Part shown: positions 18,047 to 27,766 of the stretch, one piece after another
Position numbering within the stretch: the first letter of the stretch is position 1
Layout: each line of letters starts with the position of its first letter
Sequence record: DRR378314_1381
Reading direction: 5' to 3' (one strand)
Length of the DNA stretch: 47,829 nucleotides
Notes under the pieces: model-generated
Database searches by the model: none
What the model was told of the DNA's origin: nothing
The model's input: the letters and a program-made list of their open reading frames with translations, nothing else
Program-made: the position numbers and the translations under genes

Positions 18047-18634
18047 TTGAAAGAAGATCCTAGGCTGATCGCCACACGACAGACGGCGCTTGATGCGGCG
18101 CAAAAGATACTGATGGATGAGGGCGTGCTGCACGTAACTCATGGCGCGGTTTCAAAGGCAACAGGCATTTCGCGCAGCACACTTTACAGGCACTGGCCAG
18201 ATGCGCGTAGTCTGCGTGATGCAGCATTTCGGCGCATCGCAACACCGCCGAACATACCGCCCAAAACCGATGGCCCGCTGCGATCTGACCTGCGCTGGTT
18301 ACTCGGTGTACTGATGCGAGCCTTGAATGACACACCATGGGGCCAAATCGCGCCACAGGTGGTCGCTGCTGCGTCCAACGATGCAGAAGCGCGGTTGGTG
18401 ATCACTGAATTTATGAAAGACAGGTTCGCAAGTGTTGAAGCAGTATTTGCAGCAGCAATAGGCCGCGGTGAGATCACCGCCGACGTTCCGGTTGAACAGC
18501 TTATAGAACTAGCAGTCGCGGTACCTTATTTCCGCAAGCTCATACGTCACGAGGCCCTGGACGAAGATTGGTTGGACAAACATGTCGATCTGCTTTGCAG
18601 TATCGCGAAAACCAATTCGGGACATAGGGGTTGA
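18047..18634 (+). CDS. TetR/AcrR family regulator
   Basis: DPRLIATRQTALDAA..VTHGAVSKATGISRSTLYRHWP; TTG start after AGGAGG. Confidence 0.92.
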   Translation: MKEDPRLIATRQTALDAAQKILMDEGVLHVTHGAVSKATGISRSTLYRHWPDARSLRDAAFRRIATPPNIPPKTDGPLRSDLRWLLGVLMRALNDTPWGQIAPQVVAAASNDAEARLVITEFMKDRFASVEAVFAAAIGRGEITADVPVEQLIELAVAVPYFRKLIRHEALDEDWLDKHVDLLCSIAKTNSGHRG

Positions 18635-18688
18635 TTCAGGCTGGGTGCTGAATAGGGCGGTAAAGAATTTTCCGAAAAGGTTGTTTTG

Positions 18689-19085
18689 AATCCGACCCTT
18701 CGCTGCGCCTCTTTTGAACTGGCGAGATGCGGACCAATCCCGACCTTGGGTTTCGCGCCTTCGCTGACGCAGCATTGGTTTGCGGTCGCAGCGCAATTGA
18801 TTTTGCAGCGCGGCGTGGGGCGTCAATCCGGTCATTCGTGGGTGTCGATTCCGCTCGTACCAATACCGTACTTTCGCGGCAACCTGGATCAACCATCGAG
18901 ACGCGGGACAATCCCGCCTTTTGCTCGCGCAGCTATTGCTAACGCAGCATTTTCTCGCGGGCGCGGCACGTACATCGCTGCGTCGCAGCCAGTGCCGCCA
19001 AATCGGTCATTCAAAGCCAATTTTGGGGAGCGAAACCCAAACTGCCTTTTCGCTGCGAGCCTGATCAACCGACGCGGAGCGGAAC
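18689..19085 (+). repeat. Degenerate tandem array of ~175-bp non-coding units (about 2.3 copies)
   Basis: Anchors recur at 174-176 bp: TTCGC(T/G)GC 18699/18873/19049, CAATCCCG 18735/18909, ACGCAGCATT 18767/18942, CGGTCATTC 18829/19004, GATCAACC 18887/19063. Confidence 0.75.
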
Positions 19086-19285
19086 GTTTTAGACATTAAT
19101 GAATTTGGCTTTCGCTGGCGCAGAAATGCTTCCGGAACGCGGCAAGATATTCACGTGCGTTGCATTTATTTATCGACGACGCGACCATCTAACTGACTTT
19201 CGGGAGCTCATTTTTACCGGTCTGTCTTCTCGATGATGCATTAGCTCATTGAGAATTCAACCGGCATCTCTGATTCCACGAGGAG

Positions 19286-20839
19286 CTATGCCTTCAAAGT
19301 TGAACCACCGTAGGCTGAACGTACCTCGACTTCTTCACCTGCGTTCAATCTCAACCCACTGATGATGTCATAGTCTTCGATCCGCCCATTTTCGCGCCGG
19401 ACATTGAAACTGTTCAGACCACCGTCGGAGGCATTCTGTTCCGACCAGACCGGGACTTTCGCGTGTGAAAATCCGCAGGACATGGTGGCAGGTGCATTCA
19501 TGCGATAGCGGGTCACGACGCCGTCGCCCCCTGCGTATTCCCCAGTGTTCTTGGGTGCGATGTTAAGCTCCTTAGCGACGACGTCAAAGCCATATCGCGC
19601 TTCTGCGATCTCGATGGGACAATTGAACGTGTCTCCATGCGATGTCGAGTACATCGCATTGGTTCCTGCGCGCTCCTTCGTGGCACCCCACCCGCCCATC
19701 TGAGGTTCAACCATGGCATAATTGCGACCTGTTTCTGGGTGTTGTCCTGCGATGACTGTTCCAAAGATCGTACCAAAATGACCGGCAGGCAGAAGCCCTG
19801 GCGCGGCCTTTGCCATGCAATGCCAAAGCGCGTCAAAAAGACGGATGCGTGTTTCAAAGTAATAGGCATGTGCGGCCGTCGGCCCCGCCTCGAAGATGGT
19901 GCCGGGCGTTGTGCGTACTTCCAGAGGGGCAAACGACCCAGCGTTGGCAAAGCGTTCTGGGTCCGTAAGCGCCTTAAAGAACATCTGGCAGGCGATCACA
20001 GCCCCATCCCGGCTGGTGTTGTGCGGACCACCTGATTGCAAAGGGGCCTGTGTCAGGTCAAAGGAGATGCAGTCATCGTTGATGTCAATTCCGATATCCC
20101 AAACGTCGCCGTTGTCTTGCGGTTCTTGAATGCGAAAAGACCCCTTGGGCAGTTTCGAAAGCCCTGCCCGTGCACGCGCTTCGCCAATCTGGCGAGCGTC
20201 CAGAATGGCATTGCGCATGGCATCCGGACCGTAGCGGTCGCAAAGCCGACGAATAAGTCGCGCTGCCCGCCGTCCTGCTGATACCTGTGCCCAAAGATCG
20301 CCAGAGACAAAATCGGGTAGCCGCGAATTTGTCTTGATGATGTCGAACACTGCATCGCTGCGTTCTCCGCCAGAGAAAAGCCTGACGACGGGAAGGCGCA
20401 GGCCCTCTGCAAATATTTCGGTGGCGTCGGCGGCCATGGACCCGGGTGTTTTGCCCCCGATGTCGCCCCAATGGGCGATCGAAGCGACCCAGGCGACGCG
20501 GATCCCATAGTGAAACACGGGTTCCGCGACCACAACGTCATTGAGGTGCGTAACACCGCCAGTATTAGGGTCATTGGTGACAAAGACGTCCCCTTCAGCG
20601 ATGTTGTCGCCTTCCTTTGAAAGGATCGCTTTGACAGTTTTGTCGAGCACCCCAATAAACGAGGGTATGCCAGCGCCGGAACTGACAAGCTCACCGTCAG
20701 CATCTGTTACGCCTGTGCCCACATCCAGCACTTCATAAATGATCGGGCTCATCGCGGATTTTCGAAGAACTTCGAACATTTCTTCGGCTGCAGCATCCAG
20801 ACCGGATTGCAGGACAGAGGATGTAAACGGATCAGACAT
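19286..20839 (-). CDS. Hydantoinase B / oxoprolinase family subunit (second copy)
   Basis: AMSPIIYEVLD, NDPNTGGVTHLND, AHWGDIGG, EIFAEGLRLP, GGWGA; lacks the usual C-terminal GxGYG tail. Confidence 0.9.
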   Translation of the reverse strand: MSDPFTSSVLQSGLDAAAEEMFEVLRKSAMSPIIYEVLDVGTGVTDADGELVSSGAGIPSFIGVLDKTVKAILSKEGDNIAEGDVFVTNDPNTGGVTHLNDVVVAEPVFHYGIRVAWVASIAHWGDIGGKTPGSMAADATEIFAEGLRLPVVRLFSGGERSDAVFDIIKTNSRLPDFVSGDLWAQVSAGRRAARLIRRLCDRYGPDAMRNAILDARQIGEARARAGLSKLPKGSFRIQEPQDNGDVWDIGIDINDDCISFDLTQAPLQSGGPHNTSRDGAVIACQMFFKALTDPERFANAGSFAPLEVRTTPGTIFEAGPTAAHAYYFETRIRLFDALWHCMAKAAPGLLPAGHFGTIFGTVIAGQHPETGRNYAMVEPQMGGWGATKERAGTNAMYSTSHGDTFNCPIEIAEARYGFDVVAKELNIAPKNTGEYAGGDGVVTRYRMNAPATMSCGFSHAKVPVWSEQNASDGGLNSFNVRRENGRIEDYDIISGLRLNAGEEVEVRSAYGGSTLKA

Positions 20840-21920
20840 TGATGGTCACCAGATCGCGCGAAAGATCAGACAGGATTTCGGGACCGTCCTTGCGCAGGAT
20901 GACGATCTCTTCCAGACGAATTCCAAATTGGCCGGGCAGGTAAATCCCCGGCTCAATGGAGAAAACCATACCTTCGTCCAATACAGCGTCGGAACTGGTG
21001 GTAATGTAGGGTGGCTCGTGTACCTCGGTCCCCAGACCATGCCCTGTGCGGTGTACGAAAAATTCGCCATACCCCGCATCCGTGATGACTTTGCGCGCGG
21101 CCAGATCAACTTTCTTGGCGGCAACGCCCGGCCGTGCAGCCGCCAGTGCCGCCTTAACGGCTTGATCTACAATTTGGTGGACGTCCGCATATCCGTCAGG
21201 CGGATCACCCAGAACCGCCATACGGGTGATATCGCTGCAATACCCATCCATCCTGCCGCCAATATCCATAACGATCACGTTCCCAGGCTTCAGAAGCGTT
21301 TCGCCGGTCTGATGATGTGGGAAAGCGCCGTTTTCGCCAGCGCCCACAATACCAAACAGCGGCTTTACTTCTTGTTTAGAAAAACTTTCTTTGATGATTT
21401 GGCCCACATCCGATTCTGACATACCCGGCTTCATCGCCGCCCAAGCGGTCTGCAAAGCGACATCTGCTGTGTGCGCATTGGCCTTGAGCTTTTGATATTC
21501 ATCTTCACTTTTGCGCATCCGCAACGCGCCAACCGTAGAGGCCGAAAACTGCCGCTTGGCCTGCGGCAGGGCCTTCTCCACTAACGCGGCAAAATCAGCG
21601 CGCATGGTTTCGTCAAGCGCCACATGGCCCGCGTTGTCGGCACCGATTTGTTTTAACAGCCGTGCAAACTGTGCGTTCGGACCATCTGCATCGGACCATT
21701 CAAAGAATGGAATGCGTGTCTGCTTGCGAGCGCTCTCTGCCTCAAGCGTGGGCATTAAAAAGGCGCAGTTATCTGCGCTAATGCACATCAAAAGCGGGCG
21801 TTCATCGGCATGTGGGTGCATTGAAGTCAGCCACTCAAGATGGGCACCGGAGCCGAGCACCACGAGGTCGACCCCTTCGGTTTTCATCTGTTGACGCAGT
21901 ATTTTAATGCGATCAGCCAT
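20832..21920 (-). CDS. Xaa-Pro peptidase (M24B, prolidase-like)
   Basis: LRMRKSEDE, PHH, VMDIGG..GYCSDITR, HRTGHGLGTEVHEPP, FSIEPGIY..GIRLEE. Confidence 0.93.
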   Translation of the reverse strand: MADRIKILRQQMKTEGVDLVVLGSGAHLEWLTSMHPHADERPLLMCISADNCAFLMPTLEAESARKQTRIPFFEWSDADGPNAQFARLLKQIGADNAGHVALDETMRADFAALVEKALPQAKRQFSASTVGALRMRKSEDEYQKLKANAHTADVALQTAWAAMKPGMSESDVGQIIKESFSKQEVKPLFGIVGAGENGAFPHHQTGETLLKPGNVIVMDIGGRMDGYCSDITRMAVLGDPPDGYADVHQIVDQAVKAALAAARPGVAAKKVDLAARKVITDAGYGEFFVHRTGHGLGTEVHEPPYITTSSDAVLDEGMVFSIEPGIYLPGQFGIRLEEIVILRKDGPEILSDLSRDLVTINV

Positions 21921-21944
21921 TTCTGAGCTCTCCGTTATGTTGGA

Positions 21945-22748
21945 TTAGGCTGGCACCACGATCCGGTTGCCAAAGATATCGTCCTGATCAAACACACCGA
22001 TTGCTGCCATTTCTGTTTCGGTTGGTGCTTCGCAGGACCACTTTCGACTTGGTTTCCAACCGCAGTTAGATTTCAGCTCTGCCGCATATTCTGCCTCTTT
22101 CAATGCTGCGATCGAAACATCAATCACCGGCACGCCAAGATCTTTTTCCATGGCTTCATGAAACCCGATTTCAAGTGTACACCCCAAAACGATTGCTTCG
22201 GCGTGATCTTTTTCGATCGCATCGTGGCCCACCCGTGTGAGCAACGCATTGGTCTCTGCGTGATCTGACTGAAAATCATTCACACCCAGACCAACGGAAT
22301 AAAAGCCAGAACAGGAGGGGCCAAAACCGTAGGAATTTACAGTCGAACTCATTTGGTCGACCCATTTCTGCCGACCTACGATCACTCCAAATCGGTTGGC
22401 CAGATTAGTGGCCACCCGGCAGGACGCTACGCAAGGCGCAGTGACAATCATGTCACCGGAAACCTCACGCGCATCATGCAGCGCCGTGTCATAAAAACAC
22501 CCAATGGCAAGAGCATCGAAGCCTTCTTTGGCGGCGGCGCGGGTTGCCTTGATGATCCCGCCTGTAACCATCGCCTCATAGGATCGAAACTCGATATGGG
22601 TGAATTTGCCTTCGGATTCTGCAAGAGACGTGATGTGGACCTCTGTTCCCGGCAACTTGTATTTTGCAGCCATGTCCGCAAAAACCTGATCATAAAGAGA
22701 GGTACCTACGGGGTTGAGGTACATGACTTTTCGTTTCGCAGCGGTCAC
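21945..22748 (-). CDS. Asp/Glu/hydantoin racemase family protein (copy 2)
   Basis: YLNPV, AIGCFYDT, AIVLGCT, VPVID; both catalytic Cys retained. Confidence 0.9.
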   Translation of the reverse strand: MTAAKRKVMYLNPVGTSLYDQVFADMAAKYKLPGTEVHITSLAESEGKFTHIEFRSYEAMVTGGIIKATRAAAKEGFDALAIGCFYDTALHDAREVSGDMIVTAPCVASCRVATNLANRFGVIVGRQKWVDQMSSTVNSYGFGPSCSGFYSVGLGVNDFQSDHAETNALLTRVGHDAIEKDHAEAIVLGCTLEIGFHEAMEKDLGVPVIDVSIAALKEAEYAAELKSNCGWKPSRKWSCEAPTETEMAAIGVFDQDDIFGNRIVVPA

Positions 22749-22760
22749 TTTGAAATCTCC

Positions 22761-23561
22761 TTAGTTGATCGCAGGCACAACGATGCGATTGCCGAACGGG
22801 GCTTCGACATCAAAAACACCGAGTGCTTGCATTTCGGCTTCATCCGGGGCTTCGCAAGACCATTTGCGGCTGGGTTTCCAGCCGCAGGTCTCACGGTTGC
22901 TACCGAGATGTTCTGCGCGCAGAAATGCGGCCGTGGCAGGGTCGACAACCGGCACATCTAAAGCCCTTGCCATGGTTTCATTAAAGCCGATTTCCATGGT
23001 GCAACCCAGGATCAGCGCCTCGGCATGATCGTCCTCGACAGCCTTGCGTCCGGCCTGCATCAGACGTTCGGCAGTCGTGTCGTGATCCATTTGGAAATCG
23101 GTGACCCCCAATCCGACGGGGTAGAACCCGCTCAGCCGGTTTTCATACCCGTTCGCAACAACTGTGCTGTGCATCTGGTGGACCCATTTTTGCCGGCCAA
23201 CGATGATGCCGAAACGATTGCTGAGCGATGAGGCAATGTCACATGAGGCAGCACAGGGGGCCGTGACGATCATTTCGCCGGATATCTCTTGCGCGTCTTT
23301 CAACGCGGTGTCGTAGAAACAACCGATGACACAGGCGTCGAAACCTTCGTTCGCGGCGGCTCGTACACCTTGAAGAATATGTGGCGTGACCATCGCCTCA
23401 TAGCTGCGAAATTCCACATGATTGAACCGGCCCGCGCTGTCCGGCAGGCAAGTTACATGAACCTCGGTATCGGCGCGTTTGCGGTGCCGAACCATGTCAG
23501 CAAACAATTCGTCATGGCCCGACCGATGGACGACCGGGCTAAGGTACATGATGCGGGTCAT
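22761..23561 (-). CDS. Asp/Glu/hydantoin racemase family protein (copy 1)
   Basis: VIGCFYDT, ALILGCT, VPVVDP; shares WKPSRKWSCEAP tail with copy 2. Confidence 0.9.
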   Translation of the reverse strand: MTRIMYLSPVVHRSGHDELFADMVRHRKRADTEVHVTCLPDSAGRFNHVEFRSYEAMVTPHILQGVRAAANEGFDACVIGCFYDTALKDAQEISGEMIVTAPCAASCDIASSLSNRFGIIVGRQKWVHQMHSTVVANGYENRLSGFYPVGLGVTDFQMDHDTTAERLMQAGRKAVEDDHAEALILGCTMEIGFNETMARALDVPVVDPATAAFLRAEHLGSNRETCGWKPSRKWSCEAPDEAEMQALGVFDVEAPFGNRIVVPAIN

Positions 23562-25204
23562 GTATGAGAGCCGTAAATGTCGGTTGCTGCCTGCGCCGTC
23601 ACGAAACCGTTCTTGACGTCCAAAGCAAGCGCTTTAGTGTCGCGATCTTTTGGATCACCATAGCCTGCGCCTGAGGATGTCACGACACGGACAACATCAT
23701 CCGTGGTCAGATCAAGTCCCGATACAAACGAATAGCGTTCGGTTTCGTCACCTTTGATGACTTCAACGTAGTTTCCAGAGCCTTCATTGCCACCCTCAAG
23801 TGACCAGGGCTTTACTTTTGAACGAGTATAGCCCGCCGTCAGAAACCCGTGGTCAGTGCGAATGCGGTATTCCAGAACCAACCCGCGTCCGCCGGTGAAT
23901 TTTCCCTCGCCACCCGGTTCGGTATTCAGTGCCATCTTATCGACATACAGACCATTGCGCGCCTCAGAGATCTCGGCGGGTGTATTGTAGGTTTCGCCGT
24001 GGAAGCCTGAGAAAATACAGGGATTTCCATCTTGCCCGTCCCAAGCGCCCCAGCCGCCAATTTGCGGCTCAATGATGGTGTACTGGCGTCCAGTATCAGG
24101 ATGGATGCCGCCGATGAATGTTCCACAGATCGAACTGAAATGCCCGGCAGGCAACCGGGCTGGGATGTGAGGTGCCAGACAACGCCAGATCAAATCATAG
24201 ACCCGTACCTCGGTTTCGAAATAGAATCCAATCGCTGCAGGTTCTTTTGCGTGAAACACCGATCCTTCGCGCGTTAACACTTTCAACGGGCGGAACGAGC
24301 CATCATTGGCGGGCGTTTCAGGGTCGGTCAGCGATTTAAACACCATCTGTGCACAAACATAGGTGCCATCTTGGCTTGTGTTGGTGGGCCCTGCGTCCTG
24401 ATCGGGGTTGTCGCGCAGATCGACGATGAAATCCGTATCGGTGATTGTGATCTTGACATTGAATACGCGACCATCATCCTGATCTTCGCTTAGCTCAAAT
24501 GTGCCCTTGGGTAGATGGGCAAGCTCGGAAATGGCGGAAGCTTCGCCAAAGGCCATGAAGTTTTCCATCGCCGTGATGAATGTGTTTGCCCCGTATTTTT
24601 CGGCCAACCCTTCCAGCCGTTTGGCCCCGACCCGAACTGACGCAATGGCAGCCCAGACATCGCCCAGCAGAAAATCAGGCATCCGGCTGTTGGTCGTTAT
24701 GATGTCCATGACCGCTTGATCGGTGACGCTCTCCCGGACCAGCTTGACCGCAGGAAGGCGCAGGCCCTCTTGAAAGATCTCGGTCGCATCACCGGACAGC
24801 GATCCGGGTGCCATGCCACCCACATCGGAATTGTGGGCGATGTTCGCTGCCCATGCGATCAGCTGGTCGCCTGCAAACACAGGCATCGCCAACACCAGAT
24901 CGTTCAGGTGTGTCACCCCACCGTGCCATGGATCGTTGGTGATGAAGACGTCGCCGGGGCGAATGTCATCATGCTTGCCAAGAATGAATTGAACCGACTT
25001 ATCCAGTACCCCAATGAAGGCGGGGATGCCAGCGCCAGAAGATGCGATACGCCCTTGGGCATCTGTAATCCCGGTGCCCATATCCAGCACTTCGTAGATG
25101 ATCGAAGACATGGCAGTTTTGCGCATAGCAGCGAACATTTCATCGGCTGCTGCCTGTAGTGAGTTCTGGATGATCTCCAGTGTGATTGGGTCAGCATTGC
25201 TCAT
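23558..25204 (-). CDS. Hydantoinase B / oxoprolinase family subunit
   Basis: DPITLEIIQNSL, NDPWHGGVTHLND, AHNSDVGG, EIFQEGLRLP, GAGYGDPKDRD. Confidence 0.93.
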   Translation of the reverse strand: MSNADPITLEIIQNSLQAAADEMFAAMRKTAMSSIIYEVLDMGTGITDAQGRIASSGAGIPAFIGVLDKSVQFILGKHDDIRPGDVFITNDPWHGGVTHLNDLVLAMPVFAGDQLIAWAANIAHNSDVGGMAPGSLSGDATEIFQEGLRLPAVKLVRESVTDQAVMDIITTNSRMPDFLLGDVWAAIASVRVGAKRLEGLAEKYGANTFITAMENFMAFGEASAISELAHLPKGTFELSEDQDDGRVFNVKITITDTDFIVDLRDNPDQDAGPTNTSQDGTYVCAQMVFKSLTDPETPANDGSFRPLKVLTREGSVFHAKEPAAIGFYFETEVRVYDLIWRCLAPHIPARLPAGHFSSICGTFIGGIHPDTGRQYTIIEPQIGGWGAWDGQDGNPCIFSGFHGETYNTPAEISEARNGLYVDKMALNTEPGGEGKFTGGRGLVLEYRIRTDHGFLTAGYTRSKVKPWSLEGGNEGSGNYVEVIKGDETERYSFVSGLDLTTDDVVRVVTSSGAGYGDPKDRDTKALALDVKNGFVTAQAATDIYGSHT

Positions 25205-27282
25205 GCGGTCTCTCCCAATTCGATATGGATATTGCGATAGGTATCCACGCTGACTTTGTTGCCGGGGTGGATGACGATTGTCGTACCGGGATCCTCGACC
25301 ACAGCGGGGCCGTTAAAGGTCATGCCCGGTGATAGTTCTCCACCATCGTAGATGTCTGCCAAGTGCCGTCCCTCAAGTGCGTAATCGACCGTGCGCCTGG
25401 ATTTGATTGCTCCGCTGGCGTCCGCGTCTCCCATAGGAGCTGGCGACATCTCAATCTTGCCAACTTCCGCGCGGGCGACAAGGTGGATGCCCACCATCTC
25501 GACCGGGGCATCAAGGCGATAAGTATATTCCCGTTCATACGCCTCGCGGAAGTCTTCGGCGATCTGATCCAGCTTGGCGTCAGTAACAGCGCCATCAAGC
25601 AATACTTCGGTCGTGTGTTCCTGATTTTGGTAGCGAAACTTGCCGTAACGCAAGAAAGACACTTGTTCAGCGGTGACACCGTCGGCTGCAAAGGTCTCGC
25701 GCGCTTTGGCTTCCGCCTCGGTAAAGATGTGTTCGATGACGCCGCCCGCACCTTCCGACAGTTCCGCCAGTTGCGTAACAAAAAAATCGCGCCGCAGGTC
25801 TGACATCATCATCCCCCAGGCTGAGAACACCGCCGCCGCCGCAGGGACAACGACCTTTTTGACCTGTAGTTCCTGTCCAAGGGCAACGGCGTGCATGGCA
25901 CCACCACCGCCAAAGGCCAGCAGCGTGAAATCGCGTGTGTCATGACCACGGTTCAGCGAGACGAGCTTCAGCGCGTTGACCATGTTGTTGTTGGCAATAC
26001 GGATGATACCACGGGCCGCTTCATCCGCATCAACTTCAAGTTTGTCGCCCACGGCTTTCAGCGCAGCCTCTGTATTGGCCATATCGGCTTCGATGGAACC
26101 CCCACAGAAATAGTCGCGATTGATCCGGCCCAGCCAAAGGTTTGCATCTGTAGTTGTCGCAGCTTCGCCACCCTTGCCATAGGCCGCGGGGCCAGGTAGC
26201 GCGCCGGCTGATTGCGGGCCAACGTGCAGCTTGCCAAAGTCATCGACCCAAGCGATAGAGCCACCACCATTGCCGATCTCAACCAGATCAACCACCGGCA
26301 CCATGATCGGATAGCCTGCAGATTTACGGGACCGCTCGATCCAGTAATCCGTCATGATGCGCACTTCGCCATCTTCGATCAGTGAGCATTTCGCCGTGGT
26401 GCCGCCAATATCCAGCGCAAGGATATTTGGTTCGCCAATCAGTTTGCCCAGTTCAGCTGCCCCCCAGAACCCAGAGGCCGGGCCGCTTTCCACCATGGTG
26501 ATCGGCACGGCCGAAGTTGCGGCAAGGCTGTCGACGCCGCAGTTTGACTGCATGATAAACGGCGATTGCTTCAGCCCGCCCTGTTTCATCCCCTCGTCCA
26601 GTTTACCCAGATAGCGCGCTGCAACAGGCTGTACATAGGCTGACAGCACGGCGGTGTTGGAGCGTTCATATTCACGCCACTCGCGGGTGATTTGATGGCT
26701 GGCCACAACCGAGACCTCGGGCCACATGCGCGTAACCTCGGCCAACAGCGCCTCTTCATGTGCGGTGTTGGCGTAGGAATGCAGCAGGCTGATCGCGACG
26801 GCCTGGACCCTTTCGGCGCGGAAATCCTTAAGGATGGCGGGCAGACCGGACAGATCCAGCGGCGCACGTTCCGTGCCTTGATAAGTCATCCGTCCAGGGA
26901 CCTCAGCACGCAAGTGACGCGGCACGAAGGGTTCAGGTTTTTCATAGTGAAGGTTAAAGAAATCCGGGCGGTTGCCGCGTGCGATCTCTAGCGTATCGCG
27001 AAACCCTTCAGTTGTGATCAGCCCAACTTTGACGCCCTTGCGTTCGGTCAGCGCGTTGATGACCACTGTTGTGCCATGTGCCATGAAATCCACATCGGCG
27101 GTGGCAATACCGTCTGCTTCCATCTTGCTCAGCACGTTCAGCACACCTTGTTCGAAATTGGGTGGGGTCGTGTCAGACTTTGCGGTTACGACGCGCATGC
27201 CATCGTCCCCTGTCTCAAAGGCCACAAGATCGGTAAATGTTCCGCCTACATCCGTGGCAACACGTCGGATTGAATTTGTCAT
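25201..27282 (-). CDS. Hydantoinase A / oxoprolinase family ATP-binding subunit
   Basis: DVGGTFTD, HGTTVVINAL, SGPASG, DIGGTT, GGGSIA, GPQSAGALPGP, FGGGG; AAGGAG RBS before ATG 27282. Confidence 0.95.
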   Translation of the reverse strand: MTNSIRRVATDVGGTFTDLVAFETGDDGMRVVTAKSDTTPPNFEQGVLNVLSKMEADGIATADVDFMAHGTTVVINALTERKGVKVGLITTEGFRDTLEIARGNRPDFFNLHYEKPEPFVPRHLRAEVPGRMTYQGTERAPLDLSGLPAILKDFRAERVQAVAISLLHSYANTAHEEALLAEVTRMWPEVSVVASHQITREWREYERSNTAVLSAYVQPVAARYLGKLDEGMKQGGLKQSPFIMQSNCGVDSLAATSAVPITMVESGPASGFWGAAELGKLIGEPNILALDIGGTTAKCSLIEDGEVRIMTDYWIERSRKSAGYPIMVPVVDLVEIGNGGGSIAWVDDFGKLHVGPQSAGALPGPAAYGKGGEAATTTDANLWLGRINRDYFCGGSIEADMANTEAALKAVGDKLEVDADEAARGIIRIANNNMVNALKLVSLNRGHDTRDFTLLAFGGGGAMHAVALGQELQVKKVVVPAAAAVFSAWGMMMSDLRRDFFVTQLAELSEGAGGVIEHIFTEAEAKARETFAADGVTAEQVSFLRYGKFRYQNQEHTTEVLLDGAVTDAKLDQIAEDFREAYEREYTYRLDAPVEMVGIHLVARAEVGKIEMSPAPMGDADASGAIKSRRTVDYALEGRHLADIYDGGELSPGMTFNGPAVVEDPGTTIVIHPGNKVSVDTYRNIHIELGETA

Positions 27283-27283
27283 G

Positions 27284-27766
27284 TCAGGCTCCTTTTCGGA
27301 CGGCATTAGCGACCAGAAGTGCCAATGCGCCGGGTTGTTTCAGAGTTTCGGCGGCTGCAACGCGGTCTGCCGTATAGTGTCCCGCCTTGTGCAGGCAGTT
27401 GAGCGTGCCGATGACCTTCCCCGCGACAACGATTGGCAGGTTCAAACAGCTTTCGCAGCCAAGCGACTGGATCAGCTCGTGGTCAGGAAAAACCGAGGCG
27501 ATTTCCTCTATCGTATTTGCTACAAATGTTTCGTGGCGACCCTCAACCTGAGCACTCCAGGCGTCTTCCCGCATCGGTTTTTCACCGGTCGCGGGATAGG
27601 CATCGGGCATATTTGTGTAGCTGCGTCGCGCAACACGCTTTTCTCGGTCGAGTTCCATGATTGTGAACAATTTTGCGCCAATTGTTTTGGACACCTCATC
27701 CGCGACCGCCTTGAAGATCGCTTCGGGCTGGTTGGGGTGGGATAGGATTTCTGTGAAATCTGTCAT
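27284..27766 (-). CDS. Stand-alone GAF domain protein
   Basis: IGAKLFT..RRSYTNMPDAYP..FPDHELIQSLGCESCLNLPIVVAGKVIGTLNCL. Confidence 0.85.
   Translation of the reverse strand: MTDFTEILSHPNQPEAIFKAVADEVSKTIGAKLFTIMELDREKRVARRSYTNMPDAYPATGEKPMREDAWSAQVEGRHETFVANTIEEIASVFPDHELIQSLGCESCLNLPIVVAGKVIGTLNCLHKAGHYTADRVAAAETLKQPGALALLVANAVRKGA

Noticed and set aside
18689-19085. CRISPR array or integron attC sites
   Set aside because: Units are too long and degenerate for CRISPR; no clear RYYYAAC/GTTRRRY pairs; no cas or intI in the window.
18686-19099. 137-aa and other short ORFs over the tandem array
   Set aside because: No RBS or family motif; explained by GC-rich repeat sequence.
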